Notes: generated from the sequence alone by a model not told the origin. A stretch of DNA of 60,922 nt, filler included, from Dugesia japonica (GCA_001938525.1; 6 parts of 6 records of this genome joined end to end with filler, not necessarily neighbours in it), one strand, 5' to 3'. Shown: positions 38,625 to 51,594, counted from the whole stretch's first letter. Made by a program: numbers and translations.

Positions 38625-40144
38625 ATGAAACAAAAAACTAAAACAATACCTTTCAATTCAGGTAGCCAAATGCGCCGACCACTTATAATAGAAGTCATGA
38701 GCGCCACCACACTCTACCCAATCATATACCAAGGAATCCAAACGCCGGAAACAGAGGAGAATTGTGCTCATATCATAAAGATAACGTGCCCACTTTCAAT
38801 AACACAACTGGAAGGAAGCTGTGCGCAATGTATAAAGAAAGCGCAAATCATACTAAAAACTACATGGAGGGTTATTCATGAGCAAAAGGCATGGTTATCA
38901 AGACGAGAGAATTGGTTCAAAAAAGATTGTGAAGGGTCACGAATCAAACTACCAATTGAAGCACCTATCCGGCAATCTACCGTAAAAAAGTCATGTTAGT
39001 CCTGCACCAAAATATACAGCGAAAAGTTGTTAACAGCCATTCATTTATTTCACCTTACGCTAGTACAATGGAATTGGATTAGAGTATACGAACCACAAAA
39101 AATTCTATTGCCAGGAAGTATGAGTGGACCACCAATCAAAAGATATCTAACCTGGGAAAAATCGAAATCGAATAATATCGTAAAGCCCGTAAAAGAAGGC
39201 AAAATCCAAGGGGAAGCAACAAAAGAAAAATTGCAAGAACAAGAAGANNNAATGGAAGAAAGAGAAAAGCAATTAGTCCGAACAACGCACAGAAGGACAA
39301 AGAAAAGGAAAATGATCGAGACACCGGAGGAGGCGGAACAAATGAAACCAAGTGAACCAAAAAAGAAATTATTACAAGAAAGTAAACAGAAGAATACCTT
39401 GGGAATGATAATTAGGTCATTCTTGATGTTATGGGTAATNNNNNNNNNNNNNNNNNNNNNNNNNNNNNNNNNNNNNNNNNNNNNNNNNNNNNNNNNNNNN
39501 NNNNNNNNNNNNNNNNNNNNNNNNNNNNNNNNNNNNNNNNNNNNNNNNNNNNNNNNNNNNNNNNTCTGCCAACACTGGCAATTCAGCAAATACCGATTCC
39601 AGATCAGAATCGAATGTTTAATGAACAAATAATACTCATAATCTTAGTAATAGTGACAAAGGGGATTAAATGCCAGGATTGCTGGACTAATGAGATAATA
39701 TTAACGGAACATAGAATCCATATTTATGACCATAAAACTACCATTCGAACCATGAGTAACGACGGGAGAAAGCGCGAAATAAAAGTTTTCGAAAGTTATG
39801 AACAGGTATCGGTACTATTAAAACCAGCCATCGATGGATCTAAGGGGAGCCGAATGCTACTATCCTGGTATGCGTGGAAAGCAAGTTTATGGTACAAAGG
39901 TGATGTACCGATAGACGGGCAAGCAATGCACTTCAACGAGAAGGACTGGTGGATGCATTCAGCACAGGAAATTCAAGGGGAACAAAAAAGAAGAGGTAGC
40001 CAGATACACAGTAGAACCTCGATATGGACCCATAACCAATTCAAAAGAAACCTGTCTCAGTCAATCGTGACAGAAATATTACGAAAATACGGTTCCGAAC
40101 TCCGAACTGGCGTCCCGAGCAGTATAATGGAAGAAGTCGATTAG
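38625..40144 (+). pseudogene. Additional 3' ORF(s) of unknown function between integrase and LTR
   Basis: 38625-38999 and 39027-39440 are in the same frame, split by one TAG. Cys-containing N-part, charged middle, hydrophobic stretches (LGMIIRSFLMLWV; IILIILVIV), then ~190 further open codons. Confidence 0.55.
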
Positions 40145-40414
40145 AACAAGCGAAGCCCGGTGTAAATAAACTGTAATTAAAATTAAACTATAGTGACTAT
40201 CTGATCATAGTAAATAAATGAACTATAAATGTATCAATGTATACCGTAGTAAATGTATAATATAGAAAATTTATGTATGTGTTATGAGACTAGCATGTAA
40301 TGACCTTAGAATTTGCCTTGATCTGTCAATTTTAATAGGGTCAAAGGATTTTCTGCAGCGGGGACGGGCAATGACAAATTCCGGGACGGAATTTAAACAA
40401 GACGGAGAGCGATT

Positions 40415-41712
40415 TGTTGGGGTGAAACACTCACTAAAGTAGAGAATAGTCAATATCAGAATTTACAAGGAAAGAAATAAAGCACAAAAGCAACATGAAA
40501 AGGAAATGAAGTTAAAATAAAGAAAATGCGGGGAAAATAGAAGCCACTTATGATCATTAATTAAGAAAAATTAATAAATGAAAAGAATTAACAAGAAAAA
40601 ATATTATGGAAAATAATTAATTAATATGGAAAAATTAATTAATTTCAAACGAAAAATAAACAAAATTAGATAAAAATGTTTTTTACCATTTACTCCGGCC
40701 CAGGACGTCAGAAAAAGTTCAAACAAGAAAAATTGAATAGAAAACAAGTCGGTGCAATTAGAATNNNNNNNNNNNNNNNNNNNNNNNNNNNNNNNNNNNN
40801 NNNNNNNNNNNNNNNNNNNNNNNNNNNNNNNNNNNNNNNNNNNNNNNNNNNNNNNNNNNNNNNNNNNNNNNNNNNNNNNNNNNNNNNNNTTGCCAATCAT
40901 GGCACCAAAATTCAAATAAAATCATAGAAAAATGGAACGAGAACCAATAGCAGCAGAAAAACGTGGATCCAGAAATACCCACAAACCAAGAGCGAGTCGG
41001 GGTGTCGTGAAAATCGTATATAAGGATTTTCAAATTTAACAGAAAAAACCATTAATTGTAATTTATCAACCGAAGTTAGAAAAACTACATTTAACTCATA
41101 TTTCTTACTTGGATATTCGGAACTATTATCTAGCCACTTATATCTTCGTAAATATCACCTATCAGTGTTCTCCGATTTACTCATAGCGTATTTTGCGAAG
41201 TTGTTTAAGAATTTTGAATCAGTTATAATTTTTAAGAAATTCAAGAAGCCGCGGAAATTTCAGTTTGTCAGGATCAACACAGGATTGGTGCAGTGTTAAC
41301 AAAAACCCCGTTACGGAAATCAATACTTTTACTCAGCAAAAATCGAATTCAAGTAACAACTTTTCTTTCTGATAATTATATGTGATGTAAAATTTTGTTT
41401 TCCTTAAATTATCGTTAATAAACTTGATCATAAAAAATTTTCTTTTTGTTAATATTAGTATTTATCATTTAATTCGACAATTTAAGTTGATCTAAAGTTT
41501 CTAATAAATAATATAAAGGTGATCCGTTAACACATNNNNNNNNNNNNNNNNNNNNNNNNNNNNNNNNNNNNNNNTATAAAACTAATACGGTTATGTTCTT
41601 ATGTTTCCATCTGTTATTCCGTACCTTGCGTATTCACTAAAATTGTTATAGCATCAAATTCTTAAGTAACATTATCAGTTAAAATAATTTAAAGGAGTTA
41701 AAAAAGCGTTTA
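40415..41712 (+). repeat. 3' LTR (right end not determined) with CCAAT (40944), GGGGTGT and TATATAA (41017)
   Basis: TG start after purine-rich AAACAAGACGGAGAGCGA. The same terminal 16-mer occurs at 47220, and a 1-mismatch reverse copy ends at 26334. Confidence 0.8.
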
Positions 41713-41812
41713 NNNNNNNNNNNNNNNNNNNNNNNNNNNNNNNNNNNNNNNNNNNNTTAATTAATTAANNNNNNNNNNNNNNNNNNNNNNNNNNNNNNNN
41801 NNNNNNNNNNNN
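41713..41812. other. Artificial contig spacer
   Basis: N44-TTAATTAATTAA-N44. Confidence 0.97.
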
Positions 41813-42287
41813 TTTTTTTTGTTTTGTTTGAATTGCGTTGACGAGGGTTAACCCGAATTGAGGATCATTGAACTAAAGTTATTTAATCCACATTGTAAAT
41901 TATTTATTTATTATTATTAAAACTTTCATTTCGACTTATAAATTATTTATTCATTATGATTAAAATACTTACCCAGTTATGTTATTGATTCTAGTATTAA
42001 TAATTATTTAATTTTATGTCATATTTAAGTTGTTCGTTTCAATATCCAGAGTAAGTGTTTTGAAACCAGTGTGGAAATCTTAACAGAGTTTGTCGATAAC
42101 GGGAACGAGGAAAGATAATTGTTTCTAGCGGATATCTTCCCTGGTTCGTGATATGAAACGGTGGAAACAATTGATAGGCCTCAGGCCGAAGAAATCGTTT
42201 AGATAGTTTTATTTTTTTTAATATTATTATTAATTATCAAGATATTTATGTTATTTTAATCAATCTTAAATGTTGGATCGTTATTAG

Positions 42288-42629
42288 ATGGCAAAAAGTT
42301 ATAGGCGAAACCTCAAGAGGTCCCGATATATCTGGCCATACATCGACAGTGACGGAACCTACTACATTGAGTGGTCCGAAGTGCAGGAGATGGTCCGTCA
42401 GGAGAAAAAATTCCGTATTGAAGCGACTTCTGGCCTCAGCGCTGATTTGGATATTGCGAACTTACGAATCTCTATCCTGGAGACGAATAATCGGCTGTTG
42501 ACATCTCAGCGAGATCGACTGATGACGGTCCTCGAGAAGACCGATTCGACCGCTGCAAGCGGGGACGTTCAAGCACCGGAGATAGATCCAAGCGGGGACG
42601 AGTTTGAAGAAGGAGAACTGGATTCGTAA
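42288..42629 (+). CDS. Small coiled-coil/acidic-tail ORF, possibly LTR-borne
   Basis: 113-aa intact GC-rich ORF. ATG is directly preceded by TTATTAG (acceptor-like). LTR-type end CCCAACA at 43552-43558. Confidence 0.5.
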   Translation: MAKSYRRNLKRSRYIWPYIDSDGTYYIEWSEVQEMVRQEKKFRIEATSGLSADLDIANLRISILETNNRLLTSQRDRLMTVLEKTDSTAASGDVQAPEIDPSGDEFEEGELDS

Positions 42630-44149
42630 GCCGAGCAAGAAGAGGGCGAAGTGATGCGAAGCTTGCTGGGCCTGAGCGGTGCTGGCACGGCTTCAGATGT
42701 AATGAACAATAAAATTTGTTAAACGTATTAAAAAATTAGCTGTTGATTTTTTATTTGTTTTTGAGTTATAACAAATCGATGAAAGTGTGATATGTACGTC
42801 ATGATAATCTACAGAGGCAGAATTAAATCAGTTGTGTTTTATTTTAATTTTATTTCGTTTGTTCTGGAGCTCGCAGAGAATGCCGTATCTGAGAACAGGG
42901 AAAGTTATGAAATCCGAAAAATATGAAATCTAGTGATTACAAGGTAATTATTTCAGAAATGATGACCAGATATTACAGGGGAGTGGCAAAAGATCATTCC
43001 AAGATCAGTTTGAATGATTGGAACGTTTCCGATAAAATTAAATAAGTGTCGAATTATTTATTATTTACTGGATAAAAGTATTTATTTTAATTCATTAGAA
43101 AAGTTAATTTTAGATCGCGTAATCTCACATTTTTGTCGGTAGAAGCATATTATTTATATGTTACAATAATTTTAGTTTTTTGAAAGATATTGGCATCAAG
43201 GAGTTTCAATTTTATCATTCTCCATTGTGCATGTTAATATTTAGAATTGATGGTGAAATCCGAGTATGGTGTAAGGGATATTGAAAAACGATATGATCAA
43301 TTTAAATTTTATTGATAACGAGTAATGAGTAAATGAGTGTGCTGGTAATTGTGATTCCTGAGAAAGAAACGTAAGACGCGATACCACAAAGTCGCGCTGA
43401 ACCCGCAGAAAGATGGGCATGTCACAGAGGTGACTAAATGCTTGAGGTTTTTAGGTATGTCCCTAGACGAAAATATATCGGAATTATTTAGTTGCGGAAA
43501 TAATCGGATATGAAGAGTGCAGATATTGAACCAGATCCAAAATCCTAAAAACCCAACAACTGTAAATTATAAGTTTTACTTCTTATAATTAATTTTGACT
43601 TTTAAAAGATTAAATTTTACTAAGTACAATCAATAACAAGTATCTATTTATGTAAAATCTTAAATTTTCACTTCTTATTTAAAAAATTGTAAAGTTATTT
43701 ATTTTACACTTAAAATTAAAGTTTTTATTAAATTATTAAAATTATTAAATCTATAATACATAATTTATTCAATCAATTATATGTGTTATTTTAAATGAAT
43801 AGTTACAAATTATTTCAAATTTTTTCAATACTTAATAAAAATTTGTATTATAATTTAAATTTACTCACAATAGTAACTTATATTCAATATATTTAAAACT
43901 TTGTCTAAAATTATTTTATTTTCAATTAAATACAAGTTTTATGTACTTTTTCTGATAATTATTTGAAAATGATTAAATTCATAATACTTAAAATATTCAA
44001 TCATATTAAATATTACAAACATTAATTAGTAAAATTTTATTAAGTTTTCAAGAATTTTTAGGAATTAAATAATTAAAGTTTAATGTTATGAATTTCAATT
44101 TTCATATGATGATTTACAACTTTAAGTGTTGACTTTGAATTTGTATGTT

Positions 44150-45650
44150 TTCCAGGGTTAAGTTTCTAATATTAAGTACTTATTTTCGATTTATTTCATT
44201 TGGGATAATGATTGACGATTTTTAACCAAGTATTTCTTACTCAGCATAATTTCTCTATCAAATAGGTACTTTGATGATCAAACTTTTTATTTTTTCAAAA
44301 ATTAATAGTTTCTCGGTGATACTCCAATTATCCAGGAAAGTAACGCATAGTAAGTACTTGTTTTTCAATTTATTTCCTCATGGATAAAGTTTGATGATTT
44401 GAGGTGATGTTAATCTTAATCAGCAAAACATTCTCTATCGAATAGATTGCTTAATTATAAATTCTGAGATACTTTTTATTTTAATAATTATCATTTTTGA
44501 AATTTTAATTAATTATTAAGAAGTAAAAAATGTAAGGTTCTTTCAAAGTAATTTGGTTTAACAATTTTTACCGTACATATTCTTGATTAGTGAAGCATTC
44601 TCTATCAAATAGTACATAGATCATTAAATTTGGATGAAAATTATGAAAAATGAATTTTTATTTTTGTCGGTTGGGATTTTTAACACAGCTTTTTCGAATT
44701 TTCTCTGTCGAAATTAATTTCAGTGATTTTAAGTGATGTTTTTCTTGATCAGTGAAAATTTGTTTATATAATAATGTATGTTTCGCTACGATTAAAGAAG
44801 AAAACTTTCAAAAATTATCGAAAAATCATGTTTTTCTAATTTTACTCAGCACCCAACAGAATTTGGTAATTTTTAACTAGNNNNNNNNNNNNNNNNNNNN
44901 NNNNNNNNNNNNNNNNNNNNAATTTATAATTACATTTGAGTAGAAAATAATTTTCGAAAATTTTTTTAGCTAGAAATGATCGATTGATAGTCTCGATAAA
45001 AAAATTTTCAAAATTTGGATTGATCACCCGAATTCCCATAAAAATTTGAATTATTTAAACAAATTCGACTATTTCCCACGAATTTCCGTAAAATATTCAA
45101 TCCAAACTGACGAGACCGAACAAATTATCCCTTAACGGACCAAGATTGCCCATATTCGACCTCGCCCAGAAAATAATCAACAAAGTTAACCTTAAACCAC
45201 CCAAAAATTGATCCAATTAATCTCATCGAGGAAATTATCACACAAATTGTTTGACGATTTTAGGTCAATCATCGTAAAATTCTCTATAGAATAGATATTT
45301 TGTTGACCAATTTTGAGAATAAAAATTTTTTTCGAAAAATTATATGTAAAATATTGGAAAAACCAAAAACTATCCCCGTAAAATTCTCAGCAGTTTGATA
45401 TCAAAAATTTTGAAAACTGCGAATAAAAAATTTATTCAACAAATTTTAAAAATTTGGGCTGTTCACCCGGATTCTCATAAAAATTTTATTTAAAATATTT
45501 TTAATTTTTAAACAAATTTGGCTTTCCCCCCGAATTTCAGTGAAAAATGCCATAAAAAATTTTTGCCAACTATAAAAACAGAAAAATTCTGAAACACTTA
45601 ATCCAATTGCATAATATTACTTAAAATTATTTCCTCCAATCAAATACATA
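44150..45650 (-). repeat. Dispersed repeat family with internal subrepeats, related to 3090-4060
   Basis: Recurrent TTCTCTATC(A/G)AATAG units; reverse-complement matches to 3230-3480. Confidence 0.55.
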
Positions 45651-47219
45651 GGAAAATATTTAAAACCCTTACGTAAGTATTATTGCGTAATATTGCCTAA
45701 TATGATATCATAAAAAAGTCACAACTAAAACCACAGGAACTAAGTTAATCCTCTTTCGTCTGTGTTACATAGCTGTTTTCCAGTGCGCTCATATCTATGT
45801 ACTCTATTTTTATTAAAAATCTATTATATATTTATTTTGTAATAAAGTGTATGCATGACCTAAGTGGTTCACTAGTATAAATTATTCTGTATTATTCTGT
45901 ATTGCTTTGATCTTTTGTTTATTAAAGATTGTGCAATCTAAATTAATAACCTTTATAATTATCAACAGATATTTAATAAACACTTTTGTTGAGATAATTT
46001 GGAGATTGTAACCAAAATAAATCAACAATGCGTGAGTTAAATTTAATAATCGAAACAATCCAAATATATTACCATTATATGTTGATATCTATAGACATCT
46101 ATGTATATATATATATATANNNNNNNNNNNNNNNNNNNNNNNNNNNNNNNNNNNNNNNNNNNNNNNNNNTATATATATATATGTCTGTGTGTGTGTGTGT
46201 TGATATCTATAAACATATTATCGATAATTTGTTTAGTATAAATATAATAATATTTATAGATATAGTATATAGTAGTCCTTATTATAACGAATGGAAAATT
46301 TACTTTTTAAATAAATAAACTTTATTACAATATAACAAATGCAGAATTGTTCAATTTTATGAATTTTAATATTTTTCCTTCAGTTGTATATCTCAGAAGA
46401 TATAGACTATTGAACAGGATTTTTATGGGTGCTTTCTTCTAAAATTCATAGTATTTATACTGGTTTATTAGGATGTGTGTACATCCTTTACATGAAAATA
46501 AAGTAATTAAATTGTCAATAAATTTAAAATAAACCAATTAAAAAGAAATAGAGTAATTAAAATTGTGGATATTTACATAAAATTGAAATAGATTCATAAT
46601 ATTTACATGAAAGCAATTACATAAAATATCCGGCTATTTAAAAGGGAATTGATAATAATCAATATCGTTCATAAAGAGAAATTTATCAATTCCTTCATAA
46701 ATTATAATAAGATAAAATAAAAAAAAATTTCAAAAAGATAAAATAATGTCAATAGAATAAAATTATAATAAGATAAAATAATCTCAATATCATAATGTCA
46801 ATAGAATAATGTCAAAAGAAAAATTTAGTAATTGACACAATAATATTCATCATAATATATTTGTTGAATTGAGTGATCGAACTTCTTGAATTGTTAGTTT
46901 TTGATTTGTTTGAGTGATGGGCTCGAATATTGGTTTGAATGTTTGCTTATTGTATGTCATTGTTATGTGTGTAATGAATGCATGCTTGTGTGTTTGATTA
47001 AAGTTGGATTGTGTTTTCCCCAACACTTTTAAAGTAATTGTTCTATTTCATAACATAAGGAATACTTTATACCAGGGTGCACCACATACAGCCAGCGACC
47101 CAAGTCCATGAAAAATTCAAAATGTATTTTTTATAGAAATATAATTCTATACAAAAAATGTTTCACAGATTCCAAACAATCTCCTCCAAAATACTAGCTG
47201 CAAAATGACACTTTAACAG

Positions 47220-48930
47220 TGTTGGGGTGAAACACGTGATTAAAGCAAATCAAATGGCGTAAGTAAACAAGAAATTCGAAAAAATTACATAAGAAAAGAA
47301 AATGAAGAATTTGGACCCAAGAAGGGCATAACCTAGTTAGAGAGAAGAATGACGAAAGCCGAAATGGGATTAGAAGGCCAAAACTCGTGTGAAGGAGGAA
47401 AGAACTAGAACTTCAGCAGGAGATAACGATGAAATAAAAAAGCCAACAAAGTAAAGAAGCGGTAATCCGAACAGCGAAAATAATAAACGATGGCCAAGGA
47501 ACTGATTCATTAATTGAAAAGAAGGAAATAATGAAAAGGAAAATCCAAATTGGTAATCAAAACCAACGAAATAGCCGAAATCACAGCAAGAAACAATTCA
47601 GAAATAAGTAAACCAAAGAAGAAAAGGTAATAGAAGCTGTGACAGGACGACAAAACACTAATGATTAACCATCAATTCATTTGGCAAAATCAAGAAAATC
47701 ACATTGAATTATAGTGGAAGAAAGAAAGAATTAATTAAATAAATTAATTAATAGAAGAAAAGCAATAACACTAAATTAAATAAATCGGAAAGAACAAAGA
47801 AATGAGCACTTAATTAAGATGTACAACGAAAATAAAATAAATANNNNNNNNNNNNNNNNNNNNNNNNNNNNNNNNNNNNNNNNNNNNNNNNNNNNNNNNN
47901 NNNNNNNNNNNNNNNNNNNNNNNNNNNNNNNNNNNNNNNNNNNNNNNNNNNNNNNNNNNNNNNNNNNNNNNNNNNNNNNNNNNNNNNNNNNNNNNNNNNN
48001 NNNNNNNNNNNNNNNNNNNNNNNNNNNNNNNNNNNNNNNNNNNNNNNNNNNNNNNNNNNNNNNNNNNNNNNNNNNNAAGTCCAAAAATAACCGCCAATGA
48101 AAAGAAATCATGTGACCATCTGGCCAATAAAAGTGTCGAGAATTTATATCAACCAATAAAATAAACAGGGGTGTAGAAAAAACCGGTATAAATACCGATG
48201 AAAATTTCACAAAATATAACCCTTTTAGCCAAACAATATATCGAGTTGACCGGAAAAATTCTATTATCACAAAGGTGATTATTTTTATTCGTTAATTCAT
48301 GGTGCAACGATTTCNNNNNNNNNNNNNNNNNNNNNNNNNNNNNNNNNNNNNNNNNNNNNNNNTTTGGACGAATGGATGTTATGCTCTTGTGCTTGCTCCA
48401 AATCGGTATCCAGATCACGTTAGTGTTGTTATTTTTCCGAATTATTAATTTATGAATAACAAGTGAAGATTTGGATAATCGAATATATTTTTCACTTGTT
48501 AAATTTTTGTGTTCTTNATAACTTTAAAACTTAAGGTATTGATTTTTATATTAAAGTAGTAATTAAAGGAATTCAGCTAAATATGCATAATAAATTATTT
48601 TTTTTTATTTAGGATTCAACTGACTGATAAAAAAAAATTTCAATAAAATCCGTTATAAACTAAAGTCGAATAAAACAATGATTAATAAGTAGGATTTAAA
48701 TCAGGTGAGTATCATGTGAAACGAACCCGAACCAAAGGAGTGCGAGTCTGTACTCAGATTTCGAGTCAACGGCTCCATTCTGAAGATCTGGATTTTTTGG
48801 GGACACCAGATTCNAATTCATCGCGGGGTTTTACCAGGTCAATTACCCGTGACTTAATTTAATACATAAAATTCGACCCCCTAGATTTAGTTATATAAGA
48901 AATTAACCGACCTAGGGTAAGATCTCAACG
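47220..48930 (+). mobile_element. Solo LTR (~1.7 kb including gaps) related to the giant element's LTR, inserted in a short dispersed repeat
   Basis: TGTTGGGGTGAAACAC … ATCTCAACG termini; ACAG/CCAG imperfect TSD; CCAAT-GGGGTGT-TATAAATA at 48153-48194; flanks rejoin to match 17100-17290. Confidence 0.8.
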
Positions 48931-50470
48931 CCAGTATTATATTAAATTTTCTAAGTTATATAGTATAGTATAGTACCTATAATATCGGCCCGGAATGTTT
49001 GCATCCATGGCCCTCGAAATTGATTTAAATTGATAATGCGGCTCATCCAGAAAATAGATTGCGCCCNTACTTAATACCATACATATAATTTGATATTTAA
49101 TATCTATATTAAATATGGTAACTTAATCTATAGGAAAACTCTATATAATTTTCATAACTTAAACTCATGTAACTGTTGACTTCGGTTGCTAAAAAATCAG
49201 CAAACCATCTCAGCATTATAATCAATCGAATATGTTTTCTTAAATTTTATTCTTTGCATTTCGTCATTTTCAATAATTATTAATGTAAAGGTTTATTCAA
49301 TTTTTCTTTTTAGTTTTAAGTTCACTTTTCTCAATTTAATACATGTGTGAAGCCATATTTTATGTCCTTGTTTAAAATTGCCCTAGAAAAATATTTTCTC
49401 GTTCTAGCCCAACAGTAATAATGGGAGTTGATCGCTCATGACTCTAGTAATCTTGTAAATAATGTATATACACTAAGGAATGTAAAAAAATCGACAAAAC
49501 AAATTGCCCCATGATTATGCAAAATATTTATACTTCCATATGTTTACAATAGCTCTGATTTTATTGATTCAGATATCAAATCATTTTAATAAAACGAACA
49601 AAATAATTCCCCTATAATAAATGTTTAACTTAAAAATACAATTCTAAATTTGATAATCAACACATTATTCCCAACTCGTTAAACAACAACCAGTTGGATT
49701 ACTGCGTGTGAATTGCTGTCAACTGAACAGCTCAAATAATTCTTAGTGTTCTTGTTTTAATACAGAATACAACATAGACAGTAAACAATAGAATATTCCT
49801 TGATAGCACATTAAAATTTAATGTGCCAATTAATATGAATAAAGAAACAACAAACTATATCGTAATTATTCAATAATGACAAATAATGAATTTTCTATAA
49901 CCTTAAAGCACCTTAAATTGACATTTTTTCTCATTGAAAAAATCATTNNNNNNNNNNNNNNNNNNNNNNNNNNNCCATGACTGATTTGCTATCATTAACC
50001 AATTCGATAATTTATAGAAAATTTAATTATAATAGATCGACTAAAACGTATCAAATCAAATCACAAAAGGCATATTTATTGGTTTATAAAATAAATGATA
50101 AAATATTTATAAAAATTTAACAATTCAACCAAAGCTACAACACTAAAAGTATTGAGAGAGAGAGAGAAAAAACACAAGATAAAAGGACAAACATATACAG
50201 AAAATACGAGAGAAATTATTAATTTTGAACATTATACAAAGAATAAAAACTGAAGTTTTTAAAAATCAAATTTACAGAATTTAGATTCACGAATTTATCT
50301 TTTACCCATTAAATTTCTCAGATAACATTGTTGTTTTCTTTTCAATAACAATTCAGTATAAATCTATTAATTTTTATACAACATGTGGCGCTATGATATA
50401 TAATTGAAATTCGCTTTTTATGTACAATAGAATAAAAATAAAATACGATGTGAATAAAAACCTCAAAACA

Positions 50471-50722
50471 TCAATTTATCGAAGCAAACTGTACAAAAAT
50501 CGCTCTATTTTCATCTGGTAGATTATCAACAGTTGGCTGCTCTACTTTTGTTGAATTGTGTTTTGATAAAGAATTTGTTACGGATAATTTTGCGCATTCT
50601 AGCATTGCAGTTTTCAATAATTTGATTTCTGTTGTTAAACCATCAATATCTTTACGGAGCTTACGATTTTCATTGATGACAATTTCCGATACTTCACGAC
50701 GAATATGAAGTCGCGTTTTCAA
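50471..50722 (-). CDS. Possible coding exon/remnant with coiled-coil; unassigned
   Basis: ENRKLRKDIDGLTTEIKLLKTAM heptad pattern in an 83-codon open frame. Confidence 0.3.
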   Translation of the reverse strand: MKTRLHIRREVSEIVINENRKLRKDIDGLTTEIKLLKTAMLECAKLSVTNSLSKHNSTKVEQPTVDNLPDENRAIFVQFASIN

Positions 50723-51377
50723 ATTTAAATGATTACGAAACGCATTGAAATGACAAATGCTGTCATTTTGAAAATCGGATTTGGTTGCTAAATGAAATCA
50801 AAATGTTAAAAAAAATTAAAGTAGTAGTAGTAGTAGTANNNNNNNNNNNNNNNNNNNNNNNNNNNNNNNNNNNNNNNNNNNNNNNNNNNNNNNNNNNNNN
50901 NNNNNNNNNNNNNNNNNNNNNNNNNNNNNNNNNNNNNNNNNNNNNNNNNNNNNNNNNNNNNNNNNNNNNNNNNNNNNNNNNNNNNNNNNNNNNNNNNNNN
51001 NNNNNNNNNNNNNNNNNNNNNNNNNNNNNNNNNNNNNNNNNNNNNNNNNNNTGTATATTATTGAATAATTAATATTTATTTTCTGTGTAAAAAACAGCTG
51101 TTTTAATAATATAGTTTATGAAACAATTTTGTGGAAGATTTGAAAACAGTTCATTGTTAATTCTATTTCGTAAAAGTTGTTTAAGTATATTTTGTAAATT
51201 TTTATAATCTAAATTATATTTTTGTCTATTTTTAGACAATATATTTTTTGTAATTTTATATTATTTATAACCTTGTAGAAATTGTATTTTTGATAGGTTA
51301 ANNNNNNNNNNNNNNNNNNNNNNNNNNNNNNNNNNNNNNNNNNNNNNNNNNNNNNNNNNNNNNNNNNNNNNNNNNNN

Positions 51378-51494
51378 AAAATTCAACTCCATAAAATTTA
51401 TTTCAAAATAAAAACTATGATTAACACTATTTGTTTATTCAAACAAATTAAAATCCCGTGTTTTCATTGGTGATCATTTTTTAAAATTAATTTA
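51378..51494 (-). repeat. Fragment of the LTR-like repeat at 10100-10215/14220-14360
   Basis: Reverse complement GATCACCAATGAAAACACGGGATTTTAATTTGTTTGAATAAACAAATAGTGTT. Confidence 0.7.
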
Positions 51495-51594
51495 NNNNNN
51501 NNNNNNNNNNNNNNNNNNNNNNNNNNNNNNNNNNNNNNTTAATTAATTAANNNNNNNNNNNNNNNNNNNNNNNNNNNNNNNNNNNNNNNNNNNN
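51495..51594. other. Artificial contig spacer
   Basis: N44-TTAATTAATTAA-N44. Confidence 0.97.

Larger units (their letters stand above)
30698..41712 (+). mobile_element. Large Ty3/gypsy-type LTR retroelement (5' truncated by segment edge): Bcl-2-like + chuvirus-like Env + PR + PR + RT + RH + IN + 3' ORFs + LTR
   Basis: Contiguous + strand coding from 30698 to ~40144, with PR-RT-RH-IN order, a purine tract at ~40396-40412 and LTR start TGTTGGGGTGAAACAC at 40415. Confidence 0.93.

Noticed and set aside
29649-41712. Retroelement inserted in the WDR26 intron
   Set aside because: An artificial spacer at 30598-30697 separates them; linkage is unsupported.
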